From: Nitrospirota bacterium
Lineage (GTDB): Bacteria; Nitrospirota; Nitrospiria; Nitrospirales; Nitrospiraceae
Direction: 5' to 3'
Length of the DNA: 64,000 nucleotides
NCBI GenBank assembly: GCA_963703955.1
Contig: CAVPGK010000013.1
Span: forward strand, 104,295 to 168,294
Below the pieces are notes generated by a model. The model did no database searches. It saw only the letters and a list, made by a program, of their open reading frames with translations, and had not been told where the DNA came from. The position numbers were made by a program, and so were the translations under genes. Positions 10,101-17,363 of the stretch are shown here, one piece after another; positions within the stretch are counted from its first letter, which is position 1, and the number at the start of each line of letters is the position of its first letter.

Positions 10101-10303
10101 ATGGGGGTGGTCAGGAAACCGCGAACGGTCTCGGCGCTGGCGCCGTAGTAGACCGTTGTGATCACCACTGACGAACTCTCGATCTTCGGGTATTGCTGAA
10201 CGGGGAGGGTCGTCAGCGCTCGCCAACCAACGAGCACGATCACGAGATTCACGACCACCGCCAGCACGGGGTGCTTGATAAACACGTCGGTGAATGAGCG
10301 CAT
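7190..10303 (-). CDS. RND multidrug efflux transporter permease (AcrB/HAE1-type)
   Basis: 1037 aa with RND architecture of two large periplasmic loops. Conserved N-terminus MRSFTDVFIKHPVLAVVVNLVIVLVG and VVDDAIVVVENV motif. Confidence 0.95.
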   Translation of the reverse strand: MRSFTDVFIKHPVLAVVVNLVIVLVGWRALTTLPVQQYPKIESSSVVITTVYYGASAETVRGFLTTPIERVVSAIGGVDYVESTSRAGVSTVTVHLKLNHSSTAALAEVTARLQQVRSELPAEAEPPAIEVQRADRPYASFYLSFTSTERSVPAITDWLLRTLQPQLSTLSGVQRVTIEGGRQIAMRVWIDPDRLAVYNLSPGDVQAALRRNNYLAAVGRTKGNLVQVNLLANTDLRSADEFEKLIVADRGGAIVRLSDVARVELGAEEADMVAKYNDLEGVYLGVWPLVGSNEIEVAHRLRSEMERIRPTLPKDIDMRLVWDGTMFMENALKEITKTLAETILIVAIVVFLFMGSMRTALVPLVAMPVSLIGAAIFMFAFGFSLNLLTILAIVLSVGLVVDDAIVVVENVERHVRLGKSRIEAALTGARELIGPIIAMTITLATVYAPIGFQGGLTGSLFLEFAITLAAAVVLSGIVAVTLSPVMSSRFVHPQGKEGRLTSLVNRAFELVRRAYARLLDRALEMRWAIVTASLLIMVAAWPLYMFSRQELAPVEDQSHISLFLEASPDSTLAATNRDSLKVVGAIRSFPEARFMWSLTTAWGGFGGMVAKDWRERTRSTEEIYGEVFGAVSQVPGLRIFPRLDPPLPTAGQYDVELVLQSDAPVGQMLETTAAVLGAGWQSGKFLYVDTDLKIDLPEARVVLDRERLADLGLDLAGVGRELGTLLGGAYVNRFNFFDRSYKVIPQIGDKDRATIDPLLDLKIKTPGGQLVPVSTFTHIESSTAPRTLNRFQQRNSARVFGGVKPGVTKEEGLRVLEAAAATAGGPRVILDYGGESRQIRHEGSALTVTLGFALVLIYLVLAAQFQSFRDPLIVLLGSVPLAISGALVFSFLDLTTINIYSQVGLITLVGLIAKNGILIVEFANTLQARGLSKAAALREASLTRLRPVLMTSAATVFGHLPLVLVSGPGAAARNSIGTVLVTGMTIGTLFTLFIVPVFYSLIAAQRQPSPAHEEIEQERLLIARPAGRPHGAPIEAS

Positions 10304-10335
10304 GGGGATGTCCTTGTTGCGTCGTCGCAGTTCGC

Positions 10336-11511
10336 TCAGGGTTTGTCGATCGTCTGACTTTGTCCTCGCTCACCCTCGGGCTCAGTGGCGGTTGCGACGA
10401 GCACGGATTCGCGCAGCTTGAAGGACCCCGAAGCGGCCACCCGCTCTCCGGAGGACAGCCCGGCGTGGATCACGACCTCGTCGCCGATCATCGCGCCGCT
10501 CTCGACCTGCCGCACGTGCGCGCGAATCCGGCCGTCCTTGTCCGGCGTGATCACGAAGACCTGGTCGCCGCCTGGGCCCTTACGCAGCGCACTCACGGGG
10601 ACGGCGACGGCCTTGCGCGGCGGTCCGACTGGAACCCTGATACGCACTGAGGCGCCCGGGGCCGGCGCGGTGGCAGCCCCCTCGATCCTGGCGCGCACCA
10701 TGGCATTGCGGGTTGCGGGGTCGATGCGCGCGTCGAGCGCGACGATCGTGGCGGCGATCGGGGAGGATTCGCCGGCGACGAACACATCGACGCTCTCGCC
10801 CTCCCGCAGACCCGCGGCGACCTGCTGGGCGACCGTAAAGTCCACGTGCACGGCGTCGTCGACTCCTTGCAGCGTCGTAAGCTGAGTGCCTTCGTTGAGG
10901 TACTGGCCAGGGTGCACGTCCGCGATACCCACGCGTGCGCGGAAAGGCGACCGGATCATCTTGCGGGCGATGATCGCTTTGGTGCGTGCGATCTGAGCCA
11001 GCGCGACATCGCGGTCTGCGCGTGCACGATCCACCTCTTCCTCGGCCGTGGCAAGATCCTGGCTCAAGGCCCGCCTGCGGTCGAGCACCGTCTTCGCGAG
11101 GACGGCCTGCGCCTCCTGCGCCTTCAGCTCGGCCTCCTCGACGGATACGTCGAGCGCAACGAGTACCGTGCCTGCCTCGACGACTTGGCCGGGCGTGAGC
11201 CTGACCTGGCGGACGGTCCCGGGGAGCTCGTTGCGCAGGGTGATCGAACGCAGCGCCAGGACGGTCCCGATCGACGTGGTGGTCTGGCGGTGCTCGACCT
11301 CCTTCGCGACGGCGATCATCACCGACTCCATCGGCTCGGGCTGTTTCGCGGAGGCCGCGTAATTTTCCTGGATGGACTCGTACTTCCACGCAGCCAGGCC
11401 AAGACCAACCGCGACAACCATGACGACCAGCAGAGAGGATCCGATCCAGCCACGTCGATGCATGAGCGACACCCTCCCAAGCGTTTGCCGATAAGGCAGG
11501 TGATTCGACAA
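10336..11511 (-). CDS. RND efflux periplasmic adaptor (membrane fusion protein, HlyD family)
   Basis: 391 aa with an N-terminal anchor, a coiled-coil hairpin region and a beta-barrel C-terminus. It lies directly upstream of the RND permease. An alternative start is at 11463 (MHRRGW..). Confidence 0.9.
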   Translation of the reverse strand: MSNHLPYRQTLGRVSLMHRRGWIGSSLLVVMVVAVGLGLAAWKYESIQENYAASAKQPEPMESVMIAVAKEVEHRQTTTSIGTVLALRSITLRNELPGTVRQVRLTPGQVVEAGTVLVALDVSVEEAELKAQEAQAVLAKTVLDRRRALSQDLATAEEEVDRARADRDVALAQIARTKAIIARKMIRSPFRARVGIADVHPGQYLNEGTQLTTLQGVDDAVHVDFTVAQQVAAGLREGESVDVFVAGESSPIAATIVALDARIDPATRNAMVRARIEGAATAPAPGASVRIRVPVGPPRKAVAVPVSALRKGPGGDQVFVITPDKDGRIRAHVRQVESGAMIGDEVVIHAGLSSGERVAASGSFKLRESVLVATATEPEGERGQSQTIDKP

Positions 11512-11886
11512 CTCGATGGTTCCGTTTCAAGCTGGAAAGCAGGGACCGTTCCAGACCGCCGGAAGTGACGATGGGCAGCGTAACTGCTCAGACTAAAAGG
11601 GATAAGCGACTAGAAGTCGTGGCTCTCAGATGCAATCGAACGGAGTGATGCCGAAGGCTTTCCCGCCGAGCCATCGGCGCGGTGCCGAAACCTCGGCGCT
11701 ACTGCGGGCGAGATAGTCGTTTCCGCATCTTGGATTGACGGGGCATGGGCTTAGTTTTTCGCTTGCCGTCGTTTCTTCCTGTTTAGCCCCACCATGTTGG
11801 GGCTATTCGATCATGCCGATGCCGCGGGCCATGAGCGGAGCACAGAGAATCATTCATGGTGGACTATCATAGACCGTCGTAAGTTT

Positions 11887-11910
11887 CGTCAAATGTCATG
11901 ACATATGACG
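11887..11910. promoter_or_regulatory. 24-bp near-perfect palindrome CGTCAAATGTCA|TGACATATGACG (candidate operator)
   Basis: 11 of 12 positions are symmetric. It is followed by a second inverted pair ATGACG-N7-CGTCAT. It sits in the AT-richer 650-bp gap upstream of the S24 repressor gene. Coordinates may be off by 1-2 nt because no tracked ORF anchors them. Confidence 0.3.
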
Positions 11911-11919
11911 GAATAGTCG

Positions 11920-12096
11920 TCATAACAAAATAGACGATCGCATATGCAAATGATCTGGCATGAGCGCATCGGCGATCTTCGTCAGGCGGTTATACGTGGA
12001 TTCGTACTGAAGACGCACGTCATGTTGGCCCATAAGGAATTCGTAGCTTTCAAAGCCATTCAGAGGATCTTTAATTAGGACAACAGCATAGCGCAT
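11920..12096 (-). CDS. possible 58-aa ORF divergent from the repressor gene
   Basis: Own translation: MRYAVVLIKDPLNGFESYEFLMGQHDVRLQYESTYNRLTKIADALMPDHLHMRSSILL. It is below the track cutoff, has no convincing RBS and matches no recognised family. Confidence 0.2.
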   Translation of the reverse strand: MRYAVVLIKDPLNGFESYEFLMGQHDVRLQYESTYNRLTKIADALMPDHLHMRSSILL

Positions 12097-12160
12097 TCTT
12101 GCGAGTCGCCCAATTTTTTATTGTTGACAGGCCTTCGGCTGGTGTGTAACCATCGGATAC

Positions 12161-12709
12161 ATGCGACCGCTTGATCTGAAAAAGGCTCGCGAAGCGCTCG
12201 GTCTCACACAACAGCAGCTCGCTGAGCAGCTACGAACCACCCGCATGACCGTAACTCGTTATGAGTGCGGGACACGGCGTATCCCTGGACTTGTCGAAGT
12301 GGCGATCAACCAACTCAGCAATTCATCTCTGATACAAATGGCCGGGATCGTCGCTGCGGGAATGCCGATTGAGCCACTTCCCCAGAGCGAAGTAGTCGAA
12401 GTACCACGATCGATGTTGAGCCGAGGACCCGGCGGACATTTCGCCTTGAGAGTCAGGGGCAACTCCATGCGGGACGAAGGCATCCTTCCGGGTGATCTCG
12501 TTGTCGTTCATAAACAGGTCTTAGCCCGAAATGGGCAAACGGTGATTGCCGTCGTGAATCAGGAAGCCACGATCAAGAAATACTATCGCAGAGGAGAGCG
12601 TATTGAGCTGGTCCCCGCGAACGCGACAATGCGACCAATCGTTGTGAAGCCTCATGATGATTTCCGCATTGAGGGCGTGGTGGTAGGGGTTATGCGCCAT
12701 TTGCGGTAG
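12161..12709 (+). CDS. XRE-HTH / S24 peptidase repressor (phage CI / LexA-like)
   Basis: 182 aa. N-terminal HTH (LGLTQQQLAEQLRTTRMTVTRYECG). C-terminal S24 domain with Ser in RVRGNSM and Lys in ATIKKYY. Confidence 0.85.
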   Translation: MRPLDLKKAREALGLTQQQLAEQLRTTRMTVTRYECGTRRIPGLVEVAINQLSNSSLIQMAGIVAAGMPIEPLPQSEVVEVPRSMLSRGPGGHFALRVRGNSMRDEGILPGDLVVVHKQVLARNGQTVIAVVNQEATIKKYYRRGERIELVPANATMRPIVVKPHDDFRIEGVVVGVMRHLR

Positions 12710-12777
12710 CTATGCTATGACGAAGGATCAGATGGAGCCGGGTCGTTCCTGTTCGGGCGCTCAGTAATTTTCTGGAC

Positions 12778-13071
12778 GTGCCCGCGGGGACGGTGGGAAA
12801 GATTGATGACCGTCAACCACCGGGGTTGCCTTCTGACCCGTGGCGGTTCTCAATCGAATGGTTCCCTCCCGATCGTTCTAAGAGGAAGGGCGGAAGAGTG
12901 TGGAGTTTCGGGCTGATGCTGGACGACTTACCACGGCTGGAGTTGATCGATGAGACGGAATTCAGGCGCGTCCTGTACAGTGTTACACCCAACGAGAACC
13001 ACCATGAGACAACGGTTCCTGCTTCCCCGCAAACCGTCCTACCATTCGATGCGCCAGAGTCGATAGAATAA
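12778..13071 (+). CDS. hypothetical protein
   Basis: 97-aa GTG-start ORF ending 3 nt before the DUF72 start. No family recognised. Confidence 0.35.
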   Translation: MPAGTVGKIDDRQPPGLPSDPWRFSIEWFPPDRSKRKGGRVWSFGLMLDDLPRLELIDETEFRRVLYSVTPNENHHETTVPASPQTVLPFDAPESIE

Positions 13072-13074
13072 GGC

Positions 13075-13938
13075 ATGGAACCGAAGCCCGACCTGTTCAG
13101 CAGCACCAATGCTGACGTCGCAGAGGAATGGCCTTCTATTCGAATCGGCACGAGTGGGTATTCCTACGACGATTGGCACCCTGCGTTTTATCCTTCAACT
13201 CTGAGGCCCAACCGTAGGCTCGAATACTATGCGACGCATTTCAATACCGTGGAAATCAATCACACCTTCTACCGACTTCCTGCCTTGCCTGCTGTGTACG
13301 GCATGCTGGGGAAAGTCGGCGATGGGTTCACTTTCTTTGTGAAAGCACACCGTGATCTCACGCATGTCACACGGAATGCTGCTGAGACGTTGCCACGGTT
13401 CCAAGAGATGTTGAAAGCGTACCAGCAGGAGAAGAAGCTTGCAGGTGTGCTCTTACAGTTCCCTGCCAACTTTGAGTATACAGGGAAGAACGAGGATTAT
13501 CTTCGGTGGGTCGTTGAATCACTAAACGACGTTCGAACCGTCGTAGAGTTTCGGCACGTGCGGTGGATCAAAGACAAGACCATGGACCTCTTGAGAGAAT
13601 TGAATGCCGCGTACTGCATCGTTGACATGCCACAGGTCCGGGGATTCCCTCCCAGTCGAGTCGAGGCGACGGCAGACATCGCGTACTTCAGGTTTCACGG
13701 TCAAAACCGGGAGAAGTGGGCAGAAGCGGCAACACGGGACGAACGCTATGATTATTCCTATACTGATGACGAGTTGAAAGAATGGGCGGAGTCGATCATC
13801 ACCCTCTCGTACAAGGTCAAGCAGGAGTACGTGTACTTCAACAATCACTACCAAGGCGCGGCCGCGAAGAATGCACACACCCTTGAAGGATTTCTAAAGT
13901 CGTATGTCAAAGGCTCAGGAATTTCTCGGGTCCGGTGA
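13075..13938 (+). CDS. DUF72 (YecE-like) domain-containing protein
   Basis: 287 aa. IRIGTSGYSYDDWHPAFYP..YYATHFNTVEINHTFYRLP..FFVKAHRDLTH is the DUF72 pattern. Confidence 0.9.
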   Translation: MEPKPDLFSSTNADVAEEWPSIRIGTSGYSYDDWHPAFYPSTLRPNRRLEYYATHFNTVEINHTFYRLPALPAVYGMLGKVGDGFTFFVKAHRDLTHVTRNAAETLPRFQEMLKAYQQEKKLAGVLLQFPANFEYTGKNEDYLRWVVESLNDVRTVVEFRHVRWIKDKTMDLLRELNAAYCIVDMPQVRGFPPSRVEATADIAYFRFHGQNREKWAEAATRDERYDYSYTDDELKEWAESIITLSYKVKQEYVYFNNHYQGAAAKNAHTLEGFLKSYVKGSGISRVR

Positions 13939-13997
13939 TACCTTCCCGAAAGCGAACCCACGCTAGCTAGGATGTCGTCACCTGTCATGGGACGCCG

Positions 13998-14147
13998 TCA
14001 ATGTGCTTTGCAGCTGGGATGCCCACATGGGCACTTTGCTCCTGCGCCTGCTTTAGCCGATGCGCATCTGTCGCTGCAATACGCCTTATCCGCGGCAACC
14101 TGACAAGAACATGCCGAGTGACCGCATTTCTTCGTTGCCATGATCAT
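13998..14147 (-). CDS. small Cys-rich, bacterial metallothionein-like protein (not in ORF track)
   Basis: Own translation, antisense to ORF 14001..14261: MIMATKKCGHSACSCQVAADKAYCSDRCASAKAGAGAKCPCGHPSCKAH. It has 9 Cys and 3 His in 49 aa. GGAGG lies just upstream, so the third codon ATG at 14141 has the better spacing. Confidence 0.5.
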   Translation of the reverse strand: MIMATKKCGHSACSCQVAADKAYCSDRCASAKAGAGAKCPCGHPSCKAH

Positions 14148-14592
14148 GCCTCCGTGCCTGGTGGGTCAGATGGGACACATTTCAGACCCATCGTAGCACA
14201 GAGCAGAACGGGCGAATACAGCCATGGGCGAGGCGTTCTATTGCGAAGGCAGTGTTTGTGATCTGCCCCGCATGAACAAGGCGATGACGTAGACCACCGT
14301 ATAGTAGACGTAGTGCATGTGGTCTTCCTCCTCCGTTGAGTATGCCGTGAGTCACTGCATTGCCTTCCTCTGCAGCAGTCATTGACTGGCTTTGACAGGA
14401 TACCGCCTGGCGCGGGAGCCGCCTATTCTTCAGAAGGCACGCGGCCGCTCTGAAAGGACTACCTCAACCCCGCACCGCACAATGCGACTGTTGATGAAGC
14501 GATTCTCCTTTCGGAGCATTGTGCGGCGTGTTCGATCGGGCGTAAGTAGCTCTCCACATCTCAACGTTCCACCGGCAATAGGGAGGTGGCCC

Positions 14593-14775
14593 ATGAGTCT
14601 CACTCTCCGACGTTGGACAACTTGGCTGATGCCAAGCATACATGCGGTACCCAGAGCGGAGCACACGGGGACAGGCCTCTTGTGGGTGACCGGTCTCCTG
14701 ATCTCAGTGGCCTTTCTGTGGCCCTTCGTTTTTATTGGGTTTTTGGTGACGTTTTACTGGCCACGTCTGTGGTAG
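14593..14775 (+). CDS. small hydrophobic membrane peptide, copy 1
   Basis: Internal ATG of ORF 14392..14775, preceded by GGGAGG. A second in-frame ATG at 14629 aligns with the start of copy 2. C-terminus: HTGTGLLWVTGLLISVAFLWPFVFIGFLVTFYWPRLW. Confidence 0.45.
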   Translation: MSLTLRRWTTWLMPSIHAVPRAEHTGTGLLWVTGLLISVAFLWPFVFIGFLVTFYWPRLW

Positions 14776-14792
14776 GAAAGGATCGCGGGGTC
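14611..14792 (+). repeat. direct repeat A1 (core 14661..14792 nearly identical to 15832..15962)
   Basis: The ~131-nt core differs from its partner by one substitution and one G in a G-run. Weaker similarity extends from CGTTGGACAACT at 14611. Confidence 0.85.
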
Positions 14793-14952
14793 GTCAGATA
14801 GGCGGAGGAATTAAGGCATGGCTCGCTTCTTGACCGGCTTAGATAAACAGGTATTGGGATCTATTACTGTTGCTCGATAAGCATCCCGTCCAGCAACGAG
14901 ACGTGTGAACGCGACTTCCGCACTGATCACAATCCGGACCTTCGTCCCGCTG

Positions 14953-15492
14953 TTATCGAATCTTTTTCAAAGGCACCTCACCGGCGAAAGAGACCTTGGC
15001 GAGGACGGGATGATCGGCCATGGCGGCCTGGAGTGCCTGTAGCATGGTCACCGGCGTGGTGTCGTCGGACCCAACTAAGGTTGCGTACTTCTCCTGGACC
15101 AGAGCAAAGAAGTCCGGCTGTGCGTCCTCCGGTACCCCCAGCAACGTGGCCAGGGACGCTAGATGTTCGCCTCGCCCTTGAGCCATTTCTTGTGCCAGAC
15201 TCTCGAACGCGTGGCTCGCCAGATTGATGTGCTTGTTCTTCATGACCACGCCATCGTTCGTGCAGCCGGAGGTACCGGAAGAGATCCCAAAGGTTTGGCT
15301 GCCGAAGGTGCCGTTGGTGGTCGCCATCATGACCTGGGGCGCAATTTGTTTTGGCTTCCCGTAATCCATCCAGGCGAGTTTTCCCAGGCCACAGCCAGGG
15401 CCATTGTCCGGAATTGCGGCCGCTCCTATCGCAGCGACCTGAAACACAACCAAACAGCCTGCAAACTGCAGAATTACCCCGAGTCGAGTCAT
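14953..15492 (-). CDS. DUF3015 family secreted protein
   Basis: ORF track gives 14953..15567. I start it at ATG 15492, which has AAGGAGAGG upstream and a signal peptide. Motifs: GPGCGLGKLAW..TTNGTFGSQTFGISSGTSGC. Confidence 0.85.
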   Translation of the reverse strand: MTRLGVILQFAGCLVVFQVAAIGAAAIPDNGPGCGLGKLAWMDYGKPKQIAPQVMMATTNGTFGSQTFGISSGTSGCTNDGVVMKNKHINLASHAFESLAQEMAQGRGEHLASLATLLGVPEDAQPDFFALVQEKYATLVGSDDTTPVTMLQALQAAMADHPVLAKVSFAGEVPLKKIR

Positions 15493-15789
15493 AGCCCCTC
15501 TCCTTTGTTTCTCCAATGTATTATTCCTAGCCTCGGTTAAGCCTAGCGCACGCGTCGGGTGTGTCAAGACGAGGGACGAATGCGCGCATCTCGTCCCAGC
15601 CGTTTGTGGCTCGGCGAACTGTTCGAGATGGTTACCAGGTGGCGACCGTCATTATGATCGGTCTTGATCCTTAACGCGCTGACGCGCTAGGGGCGGAACC
15701 GGCGGCGGTCTCCTTCGCGTTCTTTCGTGTCCCGTGCGTCATGGAAACGCTCTTGATCTGTCTACCTTCTCAGAAGCCCGACGCCCCGG

Positions 15790-15962
15790 CGTTGGACAAC
15801 TCCCAACCATGCATCCGGTCTCCAGACCACAGCACACGGGACAGGCCTCTTGTGGGTGACCGGTCTCCTGATCTCAGTGGCCTTTCTGTGGCCCTTCGTT
15901 TTTATTGGGTTGTTGGTGACGTTTTACTGGCCACGTCTGTGGTAGGAAAGGATCGCGGGGTC
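15790..15962 (+). repeat. direct repeat A2 (partner of 14611..14792)
   Basis: Same orientation as A1. Together they bracket the DUF3015 gene. Confidence 0.85.
15809..15945 (+). pseudogene. small hydrophobic membrane peptide, copy 2, broken by a one-base shorter G-run
   Basis: From ATG at 15809 the reading is MHPVSRPQHT.. and it goes out of frame at GGG 15838..15840 (copy 1 has GGGG). With one extra G it reads MHPVSRPQHTGTGLLWVTGLLISVAFLWPFVFIGLLVTFYWPRLW*. Confidence 0.45.
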
Positions 15963-15985
15963 ACCGAGGGATCATCTGTATCGGT

Positions 15986-16267
15986 TCACCTTCTTCCCCT
16001 TTCGCGCCGGGAAATGGGCTTCAGCGTCTTGATTCTCCCGCCCCGGAGACCGCGCAACTTTGGGGTCGTCCTCGACGAAGACAGCCTGTCGGCCTGGTCT
16101 GAAGGCGAGGTGTTCGCTGTGTCGGCCACCGATAGGAGTAGCTGAGCCTGAGTAATGGCTTCGTTAAGAGCTTGGCGTTCTCTCTCAATCCGTTTGTGAT
16201 GCGCAGCCTTCGCTTCGAATTGCGCTGCGGCTTTTAGAAGCGCTCGCAATGTGTCGTCCATTTTCAT
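15986..16267 (-). CDS. hypothetical protein with helical/coiled-coil N-terminus
   Basis: 93-aa ORF with GAGGTGAGCG upstream of the ATG. The N-terminal 45 aa look helical and the remainder is low complexity. Confidence 0.35.
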   Translation of the reverse strand: MKMDDTLRALLKAAAQFEAKAAHHKRIERERQALNEAITQAQLLLSVADTANTSPSDQADRLSSSRTTPKLRGLRGGRIKTLKPISRRERGRR

Positions 16268-16296
16268 CGCTCACCTCGGTCGAGACAGCGTAGCCT
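16231..16296 (-). repeat. direct repeat B1: RBS, start and first 12 codons of gene 15986..16267
   Basis: The 66 nt are about 90 percent identical to 17169..17234. Confidence 0.8.
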
Positions 16297-16368
16297 TTCT
16301 CGCAGAATATAACCGTTGGCCGTATTCGGCCAACAGGGTTGCCATGGATGATTGGTCACCCTCCGTTC

Positions 16369-16680
16369 CTACCCTCCTTGCAAATAAGTAAGATATCGAT
16401 GCAGCCGCTCCTGTTCTTGTGTCTGAACCGCGAGAAAGGCCACACCGAAGTCTTTTCCATGTGACCAACGGACCGCTGCGGAATTGATCTGAAGTGGCGT
16501 GGGATCATCGGGGAGAAATACGCGTAACAAGAGGTAATCCCCTGGATGTCCCGGATTGTCACTTTCCATTTGGCAGCCACCCATGGACAGATTCCGTAAG
16601 GTCCCTTCTCGTTGTCCGGCAAACCCGACACGCGCTTGTACGGGAAGGCGCGGAGATTTGCGTCTGTTATCCACGTCCAT
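16369..16680 (-). CDS. PilZ domain-containing protein
   Basis: 103 aa. RRKSPR (RxxxR) and NLSMGG (D/NxSxxG) are the c-di-GMP binding motifs of PilZ. Confidence 0.8.
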   Translation of the reverse strand: MDVDNRRKSPRLPVQARVGFAGQREGTLRNLSMGGCQMESDNPGHPGDYLLLRVFLPDDPTPLQINSAAVRWSHGKDFGVAFLAVQTQEQERLHRYLTYLQGG

Positions 16681-16823
16681 TTCCTCCTAATTCTGTGCCG
16701 GCGATGCGCCTGAGACCGAACCTGATTAGGCGATCCGTGGGGGAGTAACACGCTTCCATACCAGACCAGTCTTTGACGAAACGGATTGAACCACCGTCCT
16801 GCACGCGAGGATCCCGCTTCGGC

Positions 16824-17096
16824 TTATTTACATGAGTCCTTCAAGACAACGAGATTGCTGCTGGGGCTAGTGCCGGCCACAACAATGTAAGAGTAGATCA
16901 AGTTCCTGCGCTCTCGATCACAATAGACGTTAAAGACGGAATTATTTCCCTCCCTGTGCGTTCCAATGGGCTGGAAAAGCTTGAGGTCGGCCGTTTTCTC
17001 TTCAGCCGTCGCAGCTGACATCAATTTGGTCGTCAGGATTCCCATGATAATTCCTAGGATCAAGGCGAAAGTCAGACCAAGATTTCTTCCATCCAT
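16824..17096 (-). CDS. small membrane-anchored or secreted hypothetical protein
   Basis: 90 aa with AAAGGAG upstream and an N-terminal hydrophobic helix (LGLTFALILGIIMGILTT). Confidence 0.55.
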   Translation of the reverse strand: MDGRNLGLTFALILGIIMGILTTKLMSAATAEEKTADLKLFQPIGTHREGNNSVFNVYCDRERRNLIYSYIVVAGTSPSSNLVVLKDSCK

Positions 17097-17168
17097 GGAT
17101 AACTCCTTTCTGTATCTATCGTTGGCGCTGATCCCCGCGTTCGCGCTTTAGATACTATTGCACCGGGG

Positions 17169-17234
17169 CTTTTAGAAACGCTCGCAATGTGTCAACCATC
17201 TTCATCGCTCACCTCGGTCGAGACAGCATAGCCT
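17169..17234 (-). repeat. direct repeat B2, carrying a 16-codon remnant ORF (MKMVDTLRAFLKAPVQ*)
   Basis: Partner of 16231..16296. The two repeats bracket the PilZ gene and the 90-aa gene. Confidence 0.8.
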
Positions 17235-17363
17235 ATTCAGATACCTTATCCCAACCGCTACTCCTGATTTTCGGTATTGTGGCATCTGTTTTGTCTCAGA
17301 ACATCATGATGGAGAGAGACGAACAGAGAACAGTCGGGGTAAGCGCTGGGCGTCCGTCGGAGG

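Noticed and set aside
7058-11568. Long Arg/Ala/Pro-rich ORFs overlapping the RND pump and adaptor genes (for example 7058..8365 +, 9078..10373 -, 10580..11530 -, 10846..11568 +).
   Set aside because: These are typical shadow ORFs of GC-rich coding DNA. Their composition is low-complexity. They fully overlap genes that have unmistakable RND and MFP sequence.
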